A DNA stretch of 63,974 nt. It comes from Albugo candida (taxonomy: Eukaryota). Below are positions 1-14,489 of the stretch, one piece after another. Made by a program: the position numbers and the translations under genes. The notes under the pieces are model-generated. The model saw only the letters and a program-made list of their open reading frames with translations, was not told the origin of the DNA and did no database searches. The DNA lies in assembly GCA_040437565.1 (NCBI GenBank), contig JBDOQK010000025.1, positions 310,027-374,000 on the forward strand, read 5' to 3'. Within the stretch, counting starts at the first letter, position 1; each line of letters opens with the position of its first letter.

Positions 1-1
1 G

Positions 2-3000
2 CTCAAGCTGCTTCCGCTGAAAACATATGATGTTCTCCGACACCTTCGGGCATTTGACCAGCAGCTCCATTCAGAATCGCATCATTCATTCAATGAAATA
101 CGCACTGGTGTTCGTATCCATCGCGAAGACTTTCTCCGATATTTGACCCGCAAACTTTCGATGGAATTGCGCGCTCAGTATACTCTCACGCAACTTGGAG
201 TCTTTATCAGTGCGTCGAGCTTTGGACAATACATTGGCTTACTGCGTCGCATCTCCTTTCAAGAAAAAAAAGAACTGAAGGCGCTCGAAGCGGAATTTCA
301 GAAAGGAGTCGCTGAAAGAGTATTCGAAATCACCAAAGAAAAATTCAGNNNNNNNNNNNNNNNNNNNNNNNNNNNNNNNNNNNNNNNNNNNNNNNNNNNN
401 NNNNNNNNNNNNNNNNNNNNNNNNNNNNNNNNNNNNNNNNNNNNNNNNATTCATTCAATGAAATACGCACTGGTGTTCGTATCCATCGCGAAGACTTTCT
501 CCGATATTTGACCCACAAACTTTCGATGGAATTGCGCGCTCAGTATACTCTCACACAACTTGGAGTCTTTATCAGTCCATCGAGCTTTGGACAATACATT
601 GGTTTACTGCGTCGCATCTCCTTTCAAGAAAAAAAAGAACTGAAAATGCTCGAAGCGGAATTTCAGAAAGGAGTCGCTGAAAGAGTATTCGAAATCACCA
701 AAGAAAAATTCAGCTCAGCAAATCGTCAACACGCAATCGCAGAATGCCTCAAGCTTCAGGAAAAGAGATGGAAGTCAGAACTCCATCAGAATAGCAGTAA
801 AGGCTCCGAACGTAAGACTTCCAATACAACTTCCTCGTCTTTATCACTTGAAATACTTCGTCGTGTCACCAGTGTCGATGTGTATTTGGATCGTGAGCTA
901 CAACGCAAACTCCAGGCTCAAAGTGACACCTCTAAAGCATGTTGGTCGATATCTTCACACGCAATCGCGGAGCAAGATGCTAAAATCCGTAAAAGGCTCA
1001 AATCTTGCCTCGCCTGGACACAGAAAAGCTGTCAATACTCGCGAATCAAAGTCGTCACGTGGGTGGTCTCTGGTGTCATTGCAAAGATTTATGCTTTACT
1101 TAGGGACAGCGATAAAGTCTCAGCCTCGAAACTTGGCGCCAGTCCTGAGGAAAGCCAGAATATCAAGGAATCAGAAGATTTATCGGAGTTAGAAGAGTGC
1201 GCTTGCTGCTGTGTTGGAAGTGATTCTTGCACATGTTCTTGTGCCTGCGCTTGTCATCAAGACTCTAGTGACGAGGAAGGTCTGTGTGAGGTCACATCGG
1301 AGCCTGCTGTAGAAGAAGTTTGTCAGAAGGAGAGGCTCAAAAAAACAATTGTAAAGTTTCTTCAAGATTACAGGCAAGCCAACGCTTCCAATAACAACAA
1401 GCAAGCGACTCTGGGCGTTCAGTGGACCGTGGAGATGCTGTGTGCATTAGAAGAGCATCTCAAACTCGAAATGTCGACTTCGTTGGGCTCTATCTCGTGG
1501 CTAAATGCTGTCAGAGAGCTTCAACAAGACCAGCCTTTGCTTCTTTCTACAGAGAGCGAGTCGCCTTCTTCGAAGATATGTGTGCCTGCAAGCCAAATGT
1601 GCTCAATGAATGGCATCAACGACCGTGAATTAAGTCGATTCTTGCATCAGTATGTCATAAACCACGGACTCGACGAATCGAATTGGAATGATCACCGAAA
1701 ACGCATTTTCACTCGACTCCGCGAACACTTTGGACGTCAGCAATCGGAATTTGACGAGTCTTTCCAAGCGATTGTGTCGTCCAAAATACACGCTGTGATG
1801 GTCTCAGCACCTGCAGAAGCGGACGAACGCATCGTATACGCTTCAGCTTTGGACGTAGACCTTCGATCCGAATGTCCTGTGCCAGAAACTCTCTGTGAGA
1901 GAATCCTTGCACAACTCGTCACATGTCCGTTTCTAAGTCATGTGGAGCCTTATCTTCAATGGGAAGCCACGTATCAGCGCCACTTTGGGTCATTCCCAAC
2001 CTTTTTATCGGCGTACGTGGCTTCGTATATCACAACGCAAATGATCAAAAGTCGATACGATTTTGTACTTTACGTCGAATGCAGTGGGAAAGTATGGAAG
2101 CTCCAGCATCCTGACACCGTCCAACTCGAAAGTCTGGCGAAAGTATCCGACCAAAGTGATTACAAATCGCTCGGTCGTTCGTTAGCCTCCCAAATGGCGT
2201 CATTAATGCTCCAATATCGAGGCTCTCGCCACGTTCCAAACGCACTCGTTACGTTTTATCTCCGAGAATTCTTTCAAAGTGTCTCCATTTCCAAAATCGA
2301 TCTCATTCTCGTTGGATTCTGTGCCGCAATGTCGTTCTCTTTCGGACCGTATTGCCTGTCATTAGTGCTCGATGCTGTACAAAGTATCGGAATCGCTGGA
2401 TTCTCAACACGAGCGCATATATACGAACGCATATGGAACAAAGTCGATCTCAACACTGACAGGAACTCTCTCTGTTGGATTGCTTGCCTGCTGGAAGTAC
2501 CATTTTGGAAGGTCCCAATGAATGCACCTCCAAAAGTGAACGTAAAGCTCCAACCTCCACAGACCTCGCGCGTTTGTGGCTTCATGGAACCCGTGGACCA
2601 CGCGATAACGTCCCCAAAGCATACGCTTCCGACAGCTGACGCACCCACACAAAAAGCCTGTCGTGCACTCATCGAGTCGATCCGAACATCTCGTCTGGGC
2701 CTCGACATCCCCCAGGAACGTGAAAACGCTACGCGGACCGTATCAACGCGAGGAATCTTCACGTTGCAACAAAGACGACTGGATCGTGCGTTGAAACGAT
2801 TAAGCGCCGAGCTGTACGCCGCAAATGCCCATTTCGTCCTGGAACTCCTACAGAATGCCGATGACGCACTGTACCATCGAAATGTGTCTCCAACATGCAC
2901 TTTTCTCATCACAGAGAACAAAGTGGAATTCGTCAGTAATGAGATCGGATTCACGGAAGCAAACATCCACGCGTTATGTGATATCGGAGCTTCCACGAAA

Positions 3001-6000
3001 GAGTCCGATACGACTTGCATTGGGAACAAAGGCATTGGCTTTAAAAGCGTCTTCAAAATCAGCGATAGGCCTCAAGTTCATTCGAATGGCTACCACATGG
3101 AATTCCAGGCTTCCAACGTCTCAGAAAGCGGCATGCTTGGGTACATTGTGCCGACATGGATCGAGGATCGCAGTCGATGGCGTGAAGACTGCGGCACATG
3201 TATCGTTCTACCCTTCCACGAAGAAGCTCAACGTCGTAAGGAAGCGATTGTACAAGCAGTACATGCAACGATCGAGCCGTCTCTACTCCTATTCCTTCGA
3301 CAGATCAAACAGCTTCAAGTCGACGAACATAATGCGCGAATATGCATTCGAAAACAGGAGAATTGGGTCAGGAAGTATGACAATGATATACGTTGGAAGC
3401 ATATCAGCCTGCACGTATCCTCGCACGAGCATCCGACGTCCTGGCTGCTGGTTGAGAAGACGATTGCGATACCGAAAGGTATCTCTCGGCATACCTCTGC
3501 GATGGCTACTCGACTCGTCGTAGCATTTCCTTTGGGTCGAATCGATCCAACGTATCAAAAAGTATTTGCGTATCTTCCAGTTCGATCGTACGGCCTTCGA
3601 TGCATCGTCCAGGGCGATTTCATCCTTCCAAGCTCTCGTGAATCAATCGATGCCTCGAACGAATGGAATCAATGGCTTTTGACATTCCTTCCGGGTCTTT
3701 TTGAGCATACGGCGACTCATTTATGGCGTCCTGAAAGTCACGCCGAAGACCTCGCGTGGATATCCCGCGATCAATTCTGTCGGCTTTTGCCTGTCGAGAG
3801 ACACGTGGAAGCTCCTTTCCGCTCGATCGCACGGGAGATCCTTCAGTTGTTGTGTAAAGCTCATTGGGTACCGAGTGCTTGTGATACGCTTCTTGCACCC
3901 TGCAGCCTCTTAGAGGTGTCGATGGACGCAGTCCAAGTGCAGGGACACGATGCTGCATGGCTGTGGAGTCTGTTGTATCGGGCTACACACAAGCGAGTTC
4001 TTTGTCGCGAGATGTCGTCGAATCTGTCGAAAGAAATCAAAACGTTGCTTCAGATTGAGAGTCTTCAGGCAATACACGTTGTCAGGATGCTGGCTGTCTT
4101 GTGCAGCGAAGCAGAAAGCATGGAGAATGAGATCGATTATCTCCCGAAACTCGTTGTTCTCCTTTCATTTCTATCCAAACTCTGGCATTCGAATAGCGCT
4201 GTGAGGTCTGACGCACTCGTCAAAGAGTTTCAATGGATTCCGTGCTTTCCTGTGATTTCCGCAGACGGAAATCGCTGCTACAGGTCGCTACATGCAGCGG
4301 AAAATGGTCTTTATCTTCCATGGAAAGTCAAACCAGCAGCCTGCAATGAGATTGCCACTTTGATACAAAGCTTTGGCCACCATACGCCCACGTCCTTTGC
4401 GATCGTCGAGGAAGCATTTCTGCTTCAACTGAATAGCAGCACGTTGGAATTTCTCACTCAAACGATCGGATTAGAGACGCTCGACGCTCATAAAGTGCTT
4501 GAGATCCAAATCCTTCCGTTTCTAAAGGCTCACATTGTGTCGAATTCGGACCGAACGCAAGCGCTTCAGGAGAATTGGATTTATTGTCTGTTGGATCATC
4601 TTCACGAGTGCCATCGATCCAATGCATTTCAAAGCTGTCCCGTGCGAGTATCAGGTCTTCCTGCTCTTCCGTTGATCACTTTTGAACAAGAGATCTCGCG
4701 AGATTGGATAGAGTTGGAAAGGTCTAAGGCGTTCGTACTTTTCACGTTCTGGCCAGCGGAGAGTGAGAAGAAAGCTGTGTCTCTCGATGCGGCTGGAGAG
4801 ATCATGAAAGCCTCCGACACTGAACAAGTACGCTTTGTGTGCCCGGCATTCCTAAGCGAATTAGAACGGAGAAATTCACGAGAACGCTACCTTTCCAAGC
4901 ACCGCTTATGGAGCGATAGTTGCAACGTACATTGTCTGTGGGATTTGGATTCCTCAGCGGCATTAAACGCTTTGAATACGATCCTCTGTACGCTTGTAGA
5001 AGCACCCAAAGCGTCCGTAAAGCAGCGAGGCCTCCAAGCATTTGCAAATTGTCTCCAGGCATTCAGTCCATCTCCAACGTCTGACCGTTTACACGCACAC
5101 AATTTTTACAGCGCACTGAGAGATTTGGAATGGATAGAAGCGCGAGATGGAGCATTTTACCGGCCTCAGGATCTTTGGCTTCCCGGAAAGGATCCATTGA
5201 TCGATACAATTGTTCATTTGATGCCACGGAGTCGAATGAACGATTTTGCGTCGAAATGGAGCGAGTATTTAGGCTTCCAGCAAGCGATTTCTTTGACGAA
5301 TGTTGTCGGCATCCTACGGAATATCGCTAGAGCCTCCAAAGACCTTCCATTAGACGCTCTTAAGGCGTCAAGTTTGGCGTTGTATCAGTACCTCGCGCGA
5401 AATTGCAATGATCGATCAAAAGCAGCGGAAATCCACGCAATGTTCCAAAATGAAGCCGTCTACTGCATCGCCAATTCCGAGGCTTCCGTCGTCGTTGCCT
5501 CCATATCGGACGTTGTATGGTCGACGTCCGCATCGACGCCCTCGTGGCATTTCCCACTGGACAGCATGTACCCTGCGAGTCTCAAAGTCTTCTTCACAGA
5601 CTTTTGCGGCGTTCCTGAGACGCCATCGATCCACGACATTTGTCGATATCTCACAACTACAAAGTCACCTCTACGGCCCGAAGCTCTCCTCTCACTCATG
5701 AAGCACTGGTCGGGTCGAATCAAACAATACGCGGTGTCGTGCTTGGAGCTCGAAATGATTCAAAACGCCATCAAATCTCCAAATGTAATTTGGCTGCCAA
5801 CAACGACCGAGAAACGCATTGGAATCCCAGCAACAAATCGATTTGCTGTGATTGCATGCGATGAGACCGAAGCACACATTCGTACAGTGCTGAAGCAGCT
5901 CTCTCTGTCTTCAAAAGCGTTTACTTCGTTGGGCTTTGATGTCATCGATTTGGAGTCCGATGACGTGGAAGAGCTTCTACCGCTTTTCACACAGACGCAA

Positions 6001-7920
6001 GCAGTTGTTCGTATCGAGGAACACGTTCGTAGCGAGCGATATCAATGGGCCAAGCTGCTGAGTCAGCTCTTCGCACAGAGAGATCCGCTGCAAGTCGACA
6101 ATCGTCAGAGGCTTTTAATTGCCTTACTGAATGTCTGGGCAAGTCGCATGCATCTCGACACACACATCGAACGAATGTGTCCCAAGTACGTNNNNNNNNN
6201 NNNNNNNNNNNNNNNNNNNNNNNNNNNNNNNNNNNNNNNNNNNNNNNNNNNNNNNNNNNNNNNNNNNNNNNNNNNNNNNNNNNNNNNNNNNGACGTGGAA
6301 GAGCTTCTACCGCTTTTCACACAGACGCAAGCAGTTGTTCGTATCGAGGAACACGTTCGTAGCGAGCGATATCAATGGGCCAAGCTGCTGAGTCAGCTCT
6401 TCGCACAGAGAGATCCGCTGCAAGTCGACAATCGTCAGAGGCTTTTAATTGCCTTACTGAATGTCTGGGCAAGTCGCATGCATCTCGACACACACATCGA
6501 ACGAATGTGTCCCAAGTACGTCCAATGGAGAGATTTGATGCAGCACGAGATCCTGTATCCGTGTCGTCTTCCCGGATCCACACGACGACTTCAAAATCGA
6601 TCGGAAAAAGTTTTTGTGAAGGATACAAATGAGCTCTCGGAATCGGAATTGAAAACACTTGGCATCTCTTTACTTTGTGTGGAGGACGATCATGGAAGCC
6701 GTTTGGAACGCGAAGGATCCGTGTTCCTGACGGGAATTTGTGGCATTCAATCGCTGAAATCCCATTTGGTATGTCGAGTCTGCGTTCCACACACAAAAGC
6801 GATCCGAGAGAAAGACCTCGCGGATCTCGAAGAGCAATTACGAGTCGATGTACTCGACAGCTTTCAGATCTTCAAGCGGCTTTTACAGGCGCACTACCCC
6901 GACGTGTATCGTACGATGACGCAAGACCCGAGGATTGTCCATTTCGCCAGTGCGTTGAACTGTTCGATCACGCTGTTGGAGCCTTTGCAAGTGCGTTATG
7001 AGCTTGGACATAAAGCCGTCGTAAAGTGTGTCCAAAGTGCTTTCGAAAGAACTTGTTCGACGCTGTATATCGTTGCCAGCAGTGCCGAGAAAGCCTCTGT
7101 CAATTACCTCGATCTCATGCGGACGTGCTGTAATGAATGGCTATCTTCTGGTGAGATGAATGTCATGTCGATCGCGAATGTGCTGTATTTGGCGTGGATG
7201 CAGCCGCATGCAGCCGCCAGAGAAGCTTTTCTGCAAACAACCCAACAGATTCCTCCATTAGAATCCATCCAAACGTCCCGGAAAAAAGTCCTCGAGTCAG
7301 ATACATTCCCCACACACTCTCTGACGTCATCGCAAACGGATTCTCAGCAAAGACTCGACGCCGAGTGGAAATCGCCCAAAGAATCGATGGAACACTGCTC
7401 GCAGACGCTAATGCCGCGACGCTCCATGGAGCAACGACACGCGTTCGCCGATACCTTTGGAGAGAATTGTTTCTCAGCAATTTCGTACGAGGAACGCGTT
7501 GCTACCGGTCGATTCGGAGAGGAGTATGTGTTCCATACACTCTGTAAAGAGTTTGAAGAGAAACAAGACGCATCCGGCGCCAAGATTCATGTGATTTGGG
7601 TCAATCAAGAACGCGAATCTGGCCTCCCGTACGACCTCAAGCTCGTCTCCAGCGCTTCCGGGCAAACGATCCACTACATTGAAGTCAAATCCACACGAAT
7701 GGTTGAGAAACCCAGTTTTGAGATCACTATGAATGAAGTAGAGCATGCGAGTATCCACGGAAGCGATTACAGCATCTACAGAGTGTTTCAAGCCGGCAAG
7801 AAATGGCGCTCGGAGACCTCATGTCGCGTGATTCGTATCCGAGATCCAATCGCTCAAATTCGGCAGAAACGGATCCAATTGATGGCTGTCATGTGCGCCT
7901 CTGACGACGCTGTCGGCTGA
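2..7920 (+). CDS. NO VEIN-like protein: sacsin-like GHKL/HATPase domain plus C-terminal DUF3883; 5'-truncated at window edge
   Basis: Frame is open from position 2. Motifs: ELLQNADDA, GFTEANIHALCDIG and GNKGIGFKSVF (sacsin-like ATPase); C-terminal GRFGEEYVF..WVNQERESGLPYDL..IEVKST..FEITMNE (DUF3883). Includes two artefactual duplications at N-gaps. Confidence 0.85.
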
Positions 7921-9147
7921 GATTCGTCGAGTACATTGTCTCTCCGCAGTGCGGACACTCGCCAATGAGTGTTCGACGCAGACGCTTTACCGCTGGTAAT
8001 GCTCGAAGCCACTCGAGCAAACAGCGCTCGTGGTAGCGGCGACTGCATGTGGGGTTGTCACACAGCCTGTCAGGGAGCATCTCTGTGCCATTCTCCACGA
8101 GATGAAAGCAGTAGCAAATCCCGCACTCGAGCTGAAAGTCTCCGATACTTTCCATCAAAGGACCCGGGAAACAAAGCCCGAGAATCGACTCCAAGTTGCT
8201 CCGAAGCAGAGTGTGGCCAGAATCGTCCCATGAAGAGATATTCTCACTCCACCGTCGACGGAAGCATTCAATCGACGTCTCCTTTCCAAAGAATTCCAAC
8301 TTGCAAATGGAAAAAGGTCTCAATGGATCCAAAATCTCAATGTCGATGGAAATGTGCTTTTCAATTGCGATACGTCGATGCGTCATGGAGCGTTGAGGTC
8401 GACTGGGCTCCAGTACAATACAATGTGCATCCAAATCGTCCATTACGTCCCAAAACGCTGAGAATTGAGGCAAGAAATTGGATCGGAAATGATCGATGAT
8501 TCCTTTCAGGTTCCATGCAGTCGATTCCCATGGCGGATAGAACTCGCATGGAGCGTCTACGGCGAGAAGAGGACAGGTCGATGGGTAATCGGACGCGAAT
8601 TCAACGCGTAGGGAGTGATTTCGTCCCTGTTGATCGGCGATTTGGACCTCCAGGACGTTGAGAGCTTCATTGAGCGAAATGAGAGATTCCCATCCGATCG
8701 TTTCGATGTCGTCTACGAGCTGTTTGTAATAGGACGCGGCTGGAGGTTTTGTACAGGGCGGAGCGTCTACTGCCTGCGAAGCCACACACCGAGCCATTCG
8801 GTCGGATTCCACCGACAGCATTTCCTGCAGGTCGCGAATGAAGTCGCATAGAGAAGAAGCTTTCTGTAGCCAGGTCTTTTGCGTGTAATTAGCGGAATTG
8901 TAGGCGAAATTGGAGGGAATGTATGATGTACCTGTAGCTGTGTGCGGTGTGGGTGGATGCATGCCGCCAGGGAGTCCTCTACGTGGAGAATTGCATTGCG
9001 AAAAGTGCTTTTTGATGTGCGCTCATCGTACTCAATGCCTTCGATTCGAATTTTGACTTCTACAGAGCCGATTTGGACGTATCCGACGTAGGAGTGTAGC
9101 GACATGTCTTCCGGTATCAAAGAGGAGGAGATATCGACCCTGGCCAT
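7889..9147 (-). CDS. FANCL: E3 ubiquitin ligase FANCL
   Basis: Exon 1 is 9147-8932 (MARVDISS..TQLQ, 72 codons), followed by a GT donor at 8931 and a ~54 nt intron. RWD-like region FWDVMDDLD..VLEP..RRI and C-terminal RING CGICY..PDRLCDNPTC..YHERCLLEWL..GECPHC. Confidence 0.92.
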
Positions 9148-9491
9148 CGTTTTCTGATGCGAAATGAGGTAGTTAGAAGAGTGGTACAGTCGAGAAACAA
9201 GAGGTTTCGTAGAGGCGTTTACGCGCGTTTTAGAATGAAAAAAAAGGGAGGAGTGATACGTATGGGATGGTGGGAAGTGTATTTGCGCAGGAAGGCGGAG
9301 AATGAGCGAGAAACACGTGCAAATAAGGCGTAAAGAGAGGAGTATGGAGTGCGATGAAAAAAGATGGAATTCTGCATGCGATAATATTTGTCCAATCAGA
9401 GACATTTATTTAGCGCATCTCCTGGTATTGGCTGAAATAGTATCAGGGAATTACATATGTAGCGTTTCGTAACATCGACAGAAAAATTGGA

Positions 9492-12400
9492 ATGAGTTAT
9501 GAGCAAACAAATGTTTATATCTCTAATGAGAACGTTGTGTGGGCTGAGGGGACGATCGTAAATGATAGCTTACCTCAAAAAGATTGTGTGACAGTCGTTG
9601 TGGATGGCGATGAGATGGAGGAGGCTGAGAAACATCCGATTCAAGGTAGTAGCTTTACAGTGCCGGTAAGATCTGCTTGTTCTTTTCACGTAATGTACGC
9701 TTTGATTCGTTTGTATTCGCACAGAAAAAGCATATTTTGCTGCAAAATCCATTGGGAGCTACAGGATGCAGCGATATGATCGATCTGAATTATCTCCACG
9801 AGCCAGCAATTCTCTATAATCTTCGCAAACGATTTCAATGTCGATTGCCATATACGTATACCGGACCTATCTGCATTGCCGTAAATCCGGTATGTCGAAA
9901 TCCTCAATTNNNNNNNNNNNNNNNNNNNNNNNNNNNNNNNNNNNNNNNNNNNNNNNNNNNNNNNNNNNNNNNNNNNNNNNNNNNNNNNNNNNNNNNNNNN
10001 NNNNNNNNNCTGCAAAATCCATTGGGAGCTACAGGATGCAGCGATATGATCGATCTGAATTATCTCCACGAGCCAGCAATTCTCTATAATCTTCGCAAAC
10101 GATTTCAATGTCGATTGCCATATACGTATACCGGACCTATCTGCATTGCCGTAAATCCGGTATGTCGAAATCCTCAATTCATTTCCCTCAAGACTCAACG
10201 TAATTTTGAGTAGTATACATGGCTGGATGTATACTCCCCTCAGAATCAGATGCTTTACTTTGAAAAAGATCGACACGAATTACCGCCTCACGTCTACGCA
10301 GTGAGTGCATCGAGCTATCAGCACATGCGTCTTTACAACCAAGACCAAAGCATCCTTGTGAGCGGTGAATCCGGGGCCGGAAAAACAGAAACAACAAAAA
10401 TCCTCATGTCACATCTTGCAGCTGCCGGGCCCTCATTCACTCAAATCGAAGAGGGACCCGATACTCAAACGATTGTCGAGCGCGTTCTTCAGGCAAATCC
10501 ATTGATGGAGTCTTTCGGAAATGCCAAAACATCTCGCAATGATAATAGCAGTCGTTTTGGTAAATATAGCGAGCTTCAGTTCAATGCGATCGGCCAGCTC
10601 ATTGGAGCACAATCGAGAACGTACCTTTTAGAGAAAAGCAGAGTTTCAATGCATGGAAAAGATGAGAGAAAATATCATATTTTTTATCAATTGCTTGCAG
10701 CTCCCGAAAATATTCGAGCAAATGTAAGATTGATTGACGCTTGTACCTCGGACTTTCCCCTTCTACTGGACACTCGCTGTGAAAATGGGGCGGACGGCGC
10801 TCGAGATAGTTTTGTAATGACTCTGGATGCTTCGGAACAAAATAAGAGTGAAGAAAAACATAGCCATTATGACGCAGAACGCTTTATCCACACAGCTCAA
10901 TGTCTTTCAACGCTCGGGATTTCGACGAACGATCAGCTGGAGATTTTTAAAATTGTGTCTGCGATCCTGTATCTATCTCGACTCGAGTTTATGGCAAGCA
11001 GTAAGGACGAAGATGTGTCTGAAGTCGTCAACGATGCGATAAACACCGACGTCGTAGAGACAATTTGTGAGTTACTGAATGTGAGACCTGAGGCACTTTC
11101 CAAAGCGTTGACCAAACGAGAAATGTCTCTGTACGCTGTGACCGAAACGTATCAGGTCCCATTGAATGTACGACAAGCAATTGGAGCTCGTACAGCACTG
11201 GCAGTCGCGCTGTACTCGTATCTCTTTGAATGGCTCATTAAGCGCGTCAACAACTCGACACGGGCGTTAAAGCCCAAACAAGTAACCAACAAAATCTGCA
11301 TTTTGGATATCTTTGGCTTTGAGCATTTCGAAAACAATTCGTTCGAGCAGTTGTGCATCAATTTTGCGAATGAAAAACTGCAGCAAAAGTTCACAAACGA
11401 CGTGTTTAAAAACATCCAAGTCGAGTATCAGGAGGAAGGAATCCAATGGACAGTGGTCGATTTTGTAGACAATGCTTCCGTAGTGACACTGATAGAAGGT
11501 CGATTTGGTGTCTTATCCTTGCTTAATGAAGAGTGTATGCGTCCGAAAGGCAGTGATGCTGCATTCGCAAACAAGCTGAGAGCTCATTATCACGATCACG
11601 AAGCTTTTGAAAGCCCGAGATTCACGCGCGATGCANNNNNNNNNNNNNNNNNNNNNNNNNNNNNNNNNNNNNNNNNNNNNNNNNNNNNNNNNNNNNNNNN
11701 NNNNNNNNNNNNNNNNNNNNNNNNNNNNNNNNNNNGAGTATCAGGAGGAAGGAATCCAATGGACAGTGGTCGATTTTGTAGACAATGCTTCCGTAGTGAC
11801 ATTGATAGAAGGTCGATTTGGTGTCTTATCCTTGCTTAATGAAGAGTGTATGCGTCCGAAAGGTAGTGATGCTGCATTCGCCAACAAGCTGAGAGCTCAT
11901 TATCACGATCACGAAGCTTTTGAAAGCCCGAGATTCACGCGCGATGCATTCGTGATCAATCACTACGCGGGATCGGTTCAGTATAATGCGAATGGATTCC
12001 TTCTCAAGAACAGCGCTGATGCCTTACAACAAGATCTTTTGGGCTTAATTGGCCAAAGCCGGTCGGAGTTTCTTCGGAAATTGTTTCCAGAAGAGATGCT
12101 GAAGGACGCGGTACAGCAGCAAAAGGACGAGAAAGACTCCATGGTAGCTCAAAATGCAATGAGAAGCTCATTACCGATGCGACGGAGGACGTCTATCGTC
12201 GCTGAAACAGTGAGCTCGCAGTTTAAAGCTCAATTAAATGGCCTGATGGAAGATATCCGACGCACAAACGTCCATTACGTTCGATGTATCAAACCGAACA
12301 GTCAGAAAAATCCTCAGCTCTTTTGCAAAAAGCGTGTCACTGAGCAATTGCGTTGTGCGGGAATCATCGAAGCCATTCGAATAAGTCGATCTGCGTATCC

Positions 12401-14489
12401 GAACCGCATGCTTCAAAGTGTTTTTGTCGACCGATTTCGCACCATCGCACTCATATTCGTACGTCAAAGCATCGAGAAAGCCGCATGTAACTCACTAGAG
12501 GTACTGACCTCCTTGGAAGCCATTTGTGCAAGTCTCAGCACTCCATTGCAATCAGAAGAAGAATTGAGGCCGATAACGCACACATTGCTCGACACGTATC
12601 TCCTTCCATCCCAAAGTGATTCCTATCAAATCGGTAAGTCGAAAATCTTCTTCCGGAAAGGAGTGTTGGAAGGACTGGAAGAGATGAGAACGGCAAAGCT
12701 GAATGCTGCTGCTATTATTCTCCAACGATACGCGAAGAAATGGATGGCTCAAGCTCTTTTCCACACAACTCGTCGAGCAACAATCCGCATCCAAACTCTG
12801 TATCGATGCTTTACCGGCCGAAAATCGTATCTCCGACAGCGTATTTGCATCATTTTGATTCAGTCGCAAATTCGCTGCTACAACGCCCAAAAACTGCTCC
12901 GATGCAAACGTATAAATTATCGAGCGACTCAGATCCAAAAAGTGGTGAAAATGTATTTTACACGAAGTCGATATCTGAAAATGATCCGAAAAGTGATTCA
13001 AATTCAAAGTTTAGTGCGTACGTTTCTATCGGTGCGTTCATTTGCGACTTTGAAAGAAAAAGCGCTTGAGGATGTCAAATTGGAGAATCAGATCCAATTT
13101 TTGAAGGAACGACTCGCTTTAGAACGGGAAGCTCGGATGGAATTAGAGCAACAAGCTTCACTGAGTCAACGCTCCTCTTTCCAAATGCGAAATGCTGAGG
13201 CGCTTGAGGGAGCAGAGTCGGTGATTGATCAATTACGACGCGAAAATGCAGCGTTGAAGGAAGCCAATGTGAATATCAAAGCCTTTAACGCTCAATTACG
13301 TAAGGAAAAAGAGGTCATGGAATGTGGAGTGTATGTGAATGGTGCGTCATTCGCAGCTGCGAATCAAAGAGCCATCAAACTCGGTGAAGAAATTGAGCTC
13401 ATGAAATCCGCACATAGCCGTATCAAAGCCACTCATCGAATTCTCAAAGGACAAAATATCGCCAGCACCGAGAAACTCATCTCCGTTCAAAATGCTTCCC
13501 ATCAATTCCGTCAAGAACGCGATATGCTCGCAGAAAGCGTACATCATCTGAGGACCCACAGCCATCAGCTCGAGAAGGAGAATGCCGATTTAGCCAGAGC
13601 GAATGCTCGCCTCCGACTGATACTCCGTCAAGATCCGGAATTAAGTCGAAGACATCGTGAGGAGGTTCCATATTTGACAAAACTCGCACATACTTTGCAA
13701 GCGGTCGATCACAAAGACACGCATATTCGAACAAATGAGAGCGCTTTGGAATTGAAATCCGATGAGAATGGAAGCAATGGATCGCCATCTGAAATCGCCA
13801 GTCCTCAGCTTTTACGATCTAAGTCAATCGGTTTAAGTGAAAATAACTCACCTCAGGAATTACGAGTGGAAAGAGTAAAAGCGAAGCGTGTGGTCAATCT
13901 TCACGATGTGGTCTCCGTCGTGGAGGATACCGATACCGTGAATGCCCATACGGATCAGAATGAAGCGGGTACGCTTGTTGGACCCACGAAATTGCGGCAG
14001 CCTACCGGTGAGGACGGCCCTATAATTGAACCTGAAAGGATAATGAGTCATCGAAACTCCAAAGTGAATGTGAGGGAGGAACCCTCAGTGCGATTTCGAG
14101 TGACTTTGGGCGTCGATCACTCGACAGAGGACTCATCTTCGCAGACTTCGTCTTCCGAAAGACATTCACTAACGTCGTTTTCGAGTAATTCTGGGCACGT
14201 ACCTCGACTGCCGACAGACAATGGATTCAAACCCCCTCAGCCAAGCTATCGCAGTAATCATTCGGCCATGTCTCGACTTCAAAAAAGGAATTCCATGGGG
14301 AATATCGACTTTAATTTTGAACAAAATGGATCATCGCTGCAGACGTCACTGACGCGATCAATTAGCGGTGATAAAGGGCGTCACGGAAGGAATTCACGCG
14401 CACGTGAGAATCGGAATAAGGCGAAGAATCCGATGGTGCCGAGACGAGCAACGACGATTGGAATGGGAGGGAAAAGAATTGAATTGTAA
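9492..14489 (+). CDS. Unconventional myosin (motor domain, multiple IQ motifs, coiled coil, Ser-rich tail)
   Basis: LNYLHEPAILYNL, P-loop GESGAGKTE, FGNAKTSRNDNSSRFGK, ILDIFGFE, YVRCIKPN and IQxxxR repeats. Introns at 9666-9724 and ~10160-10213. Two N-gaps with duplicated flanks. Confidence 0.95.

Noticed and set aside
508-510. TTG start of the 2470-aa ORF (and other GTG/TTG starts in the track)
   Set aside because: Eukaryotic locus; the frame is open from position 2, so the real start is upstream of the window.
5962-6521. Internal tandem repeats in the NOV-like, myosin and temptin-like proteins
   Set aside because: Each is a near-exact duplication on both sides of a 100-N gap, i.e. an unmerged contig overlap rather than a protein repeat.
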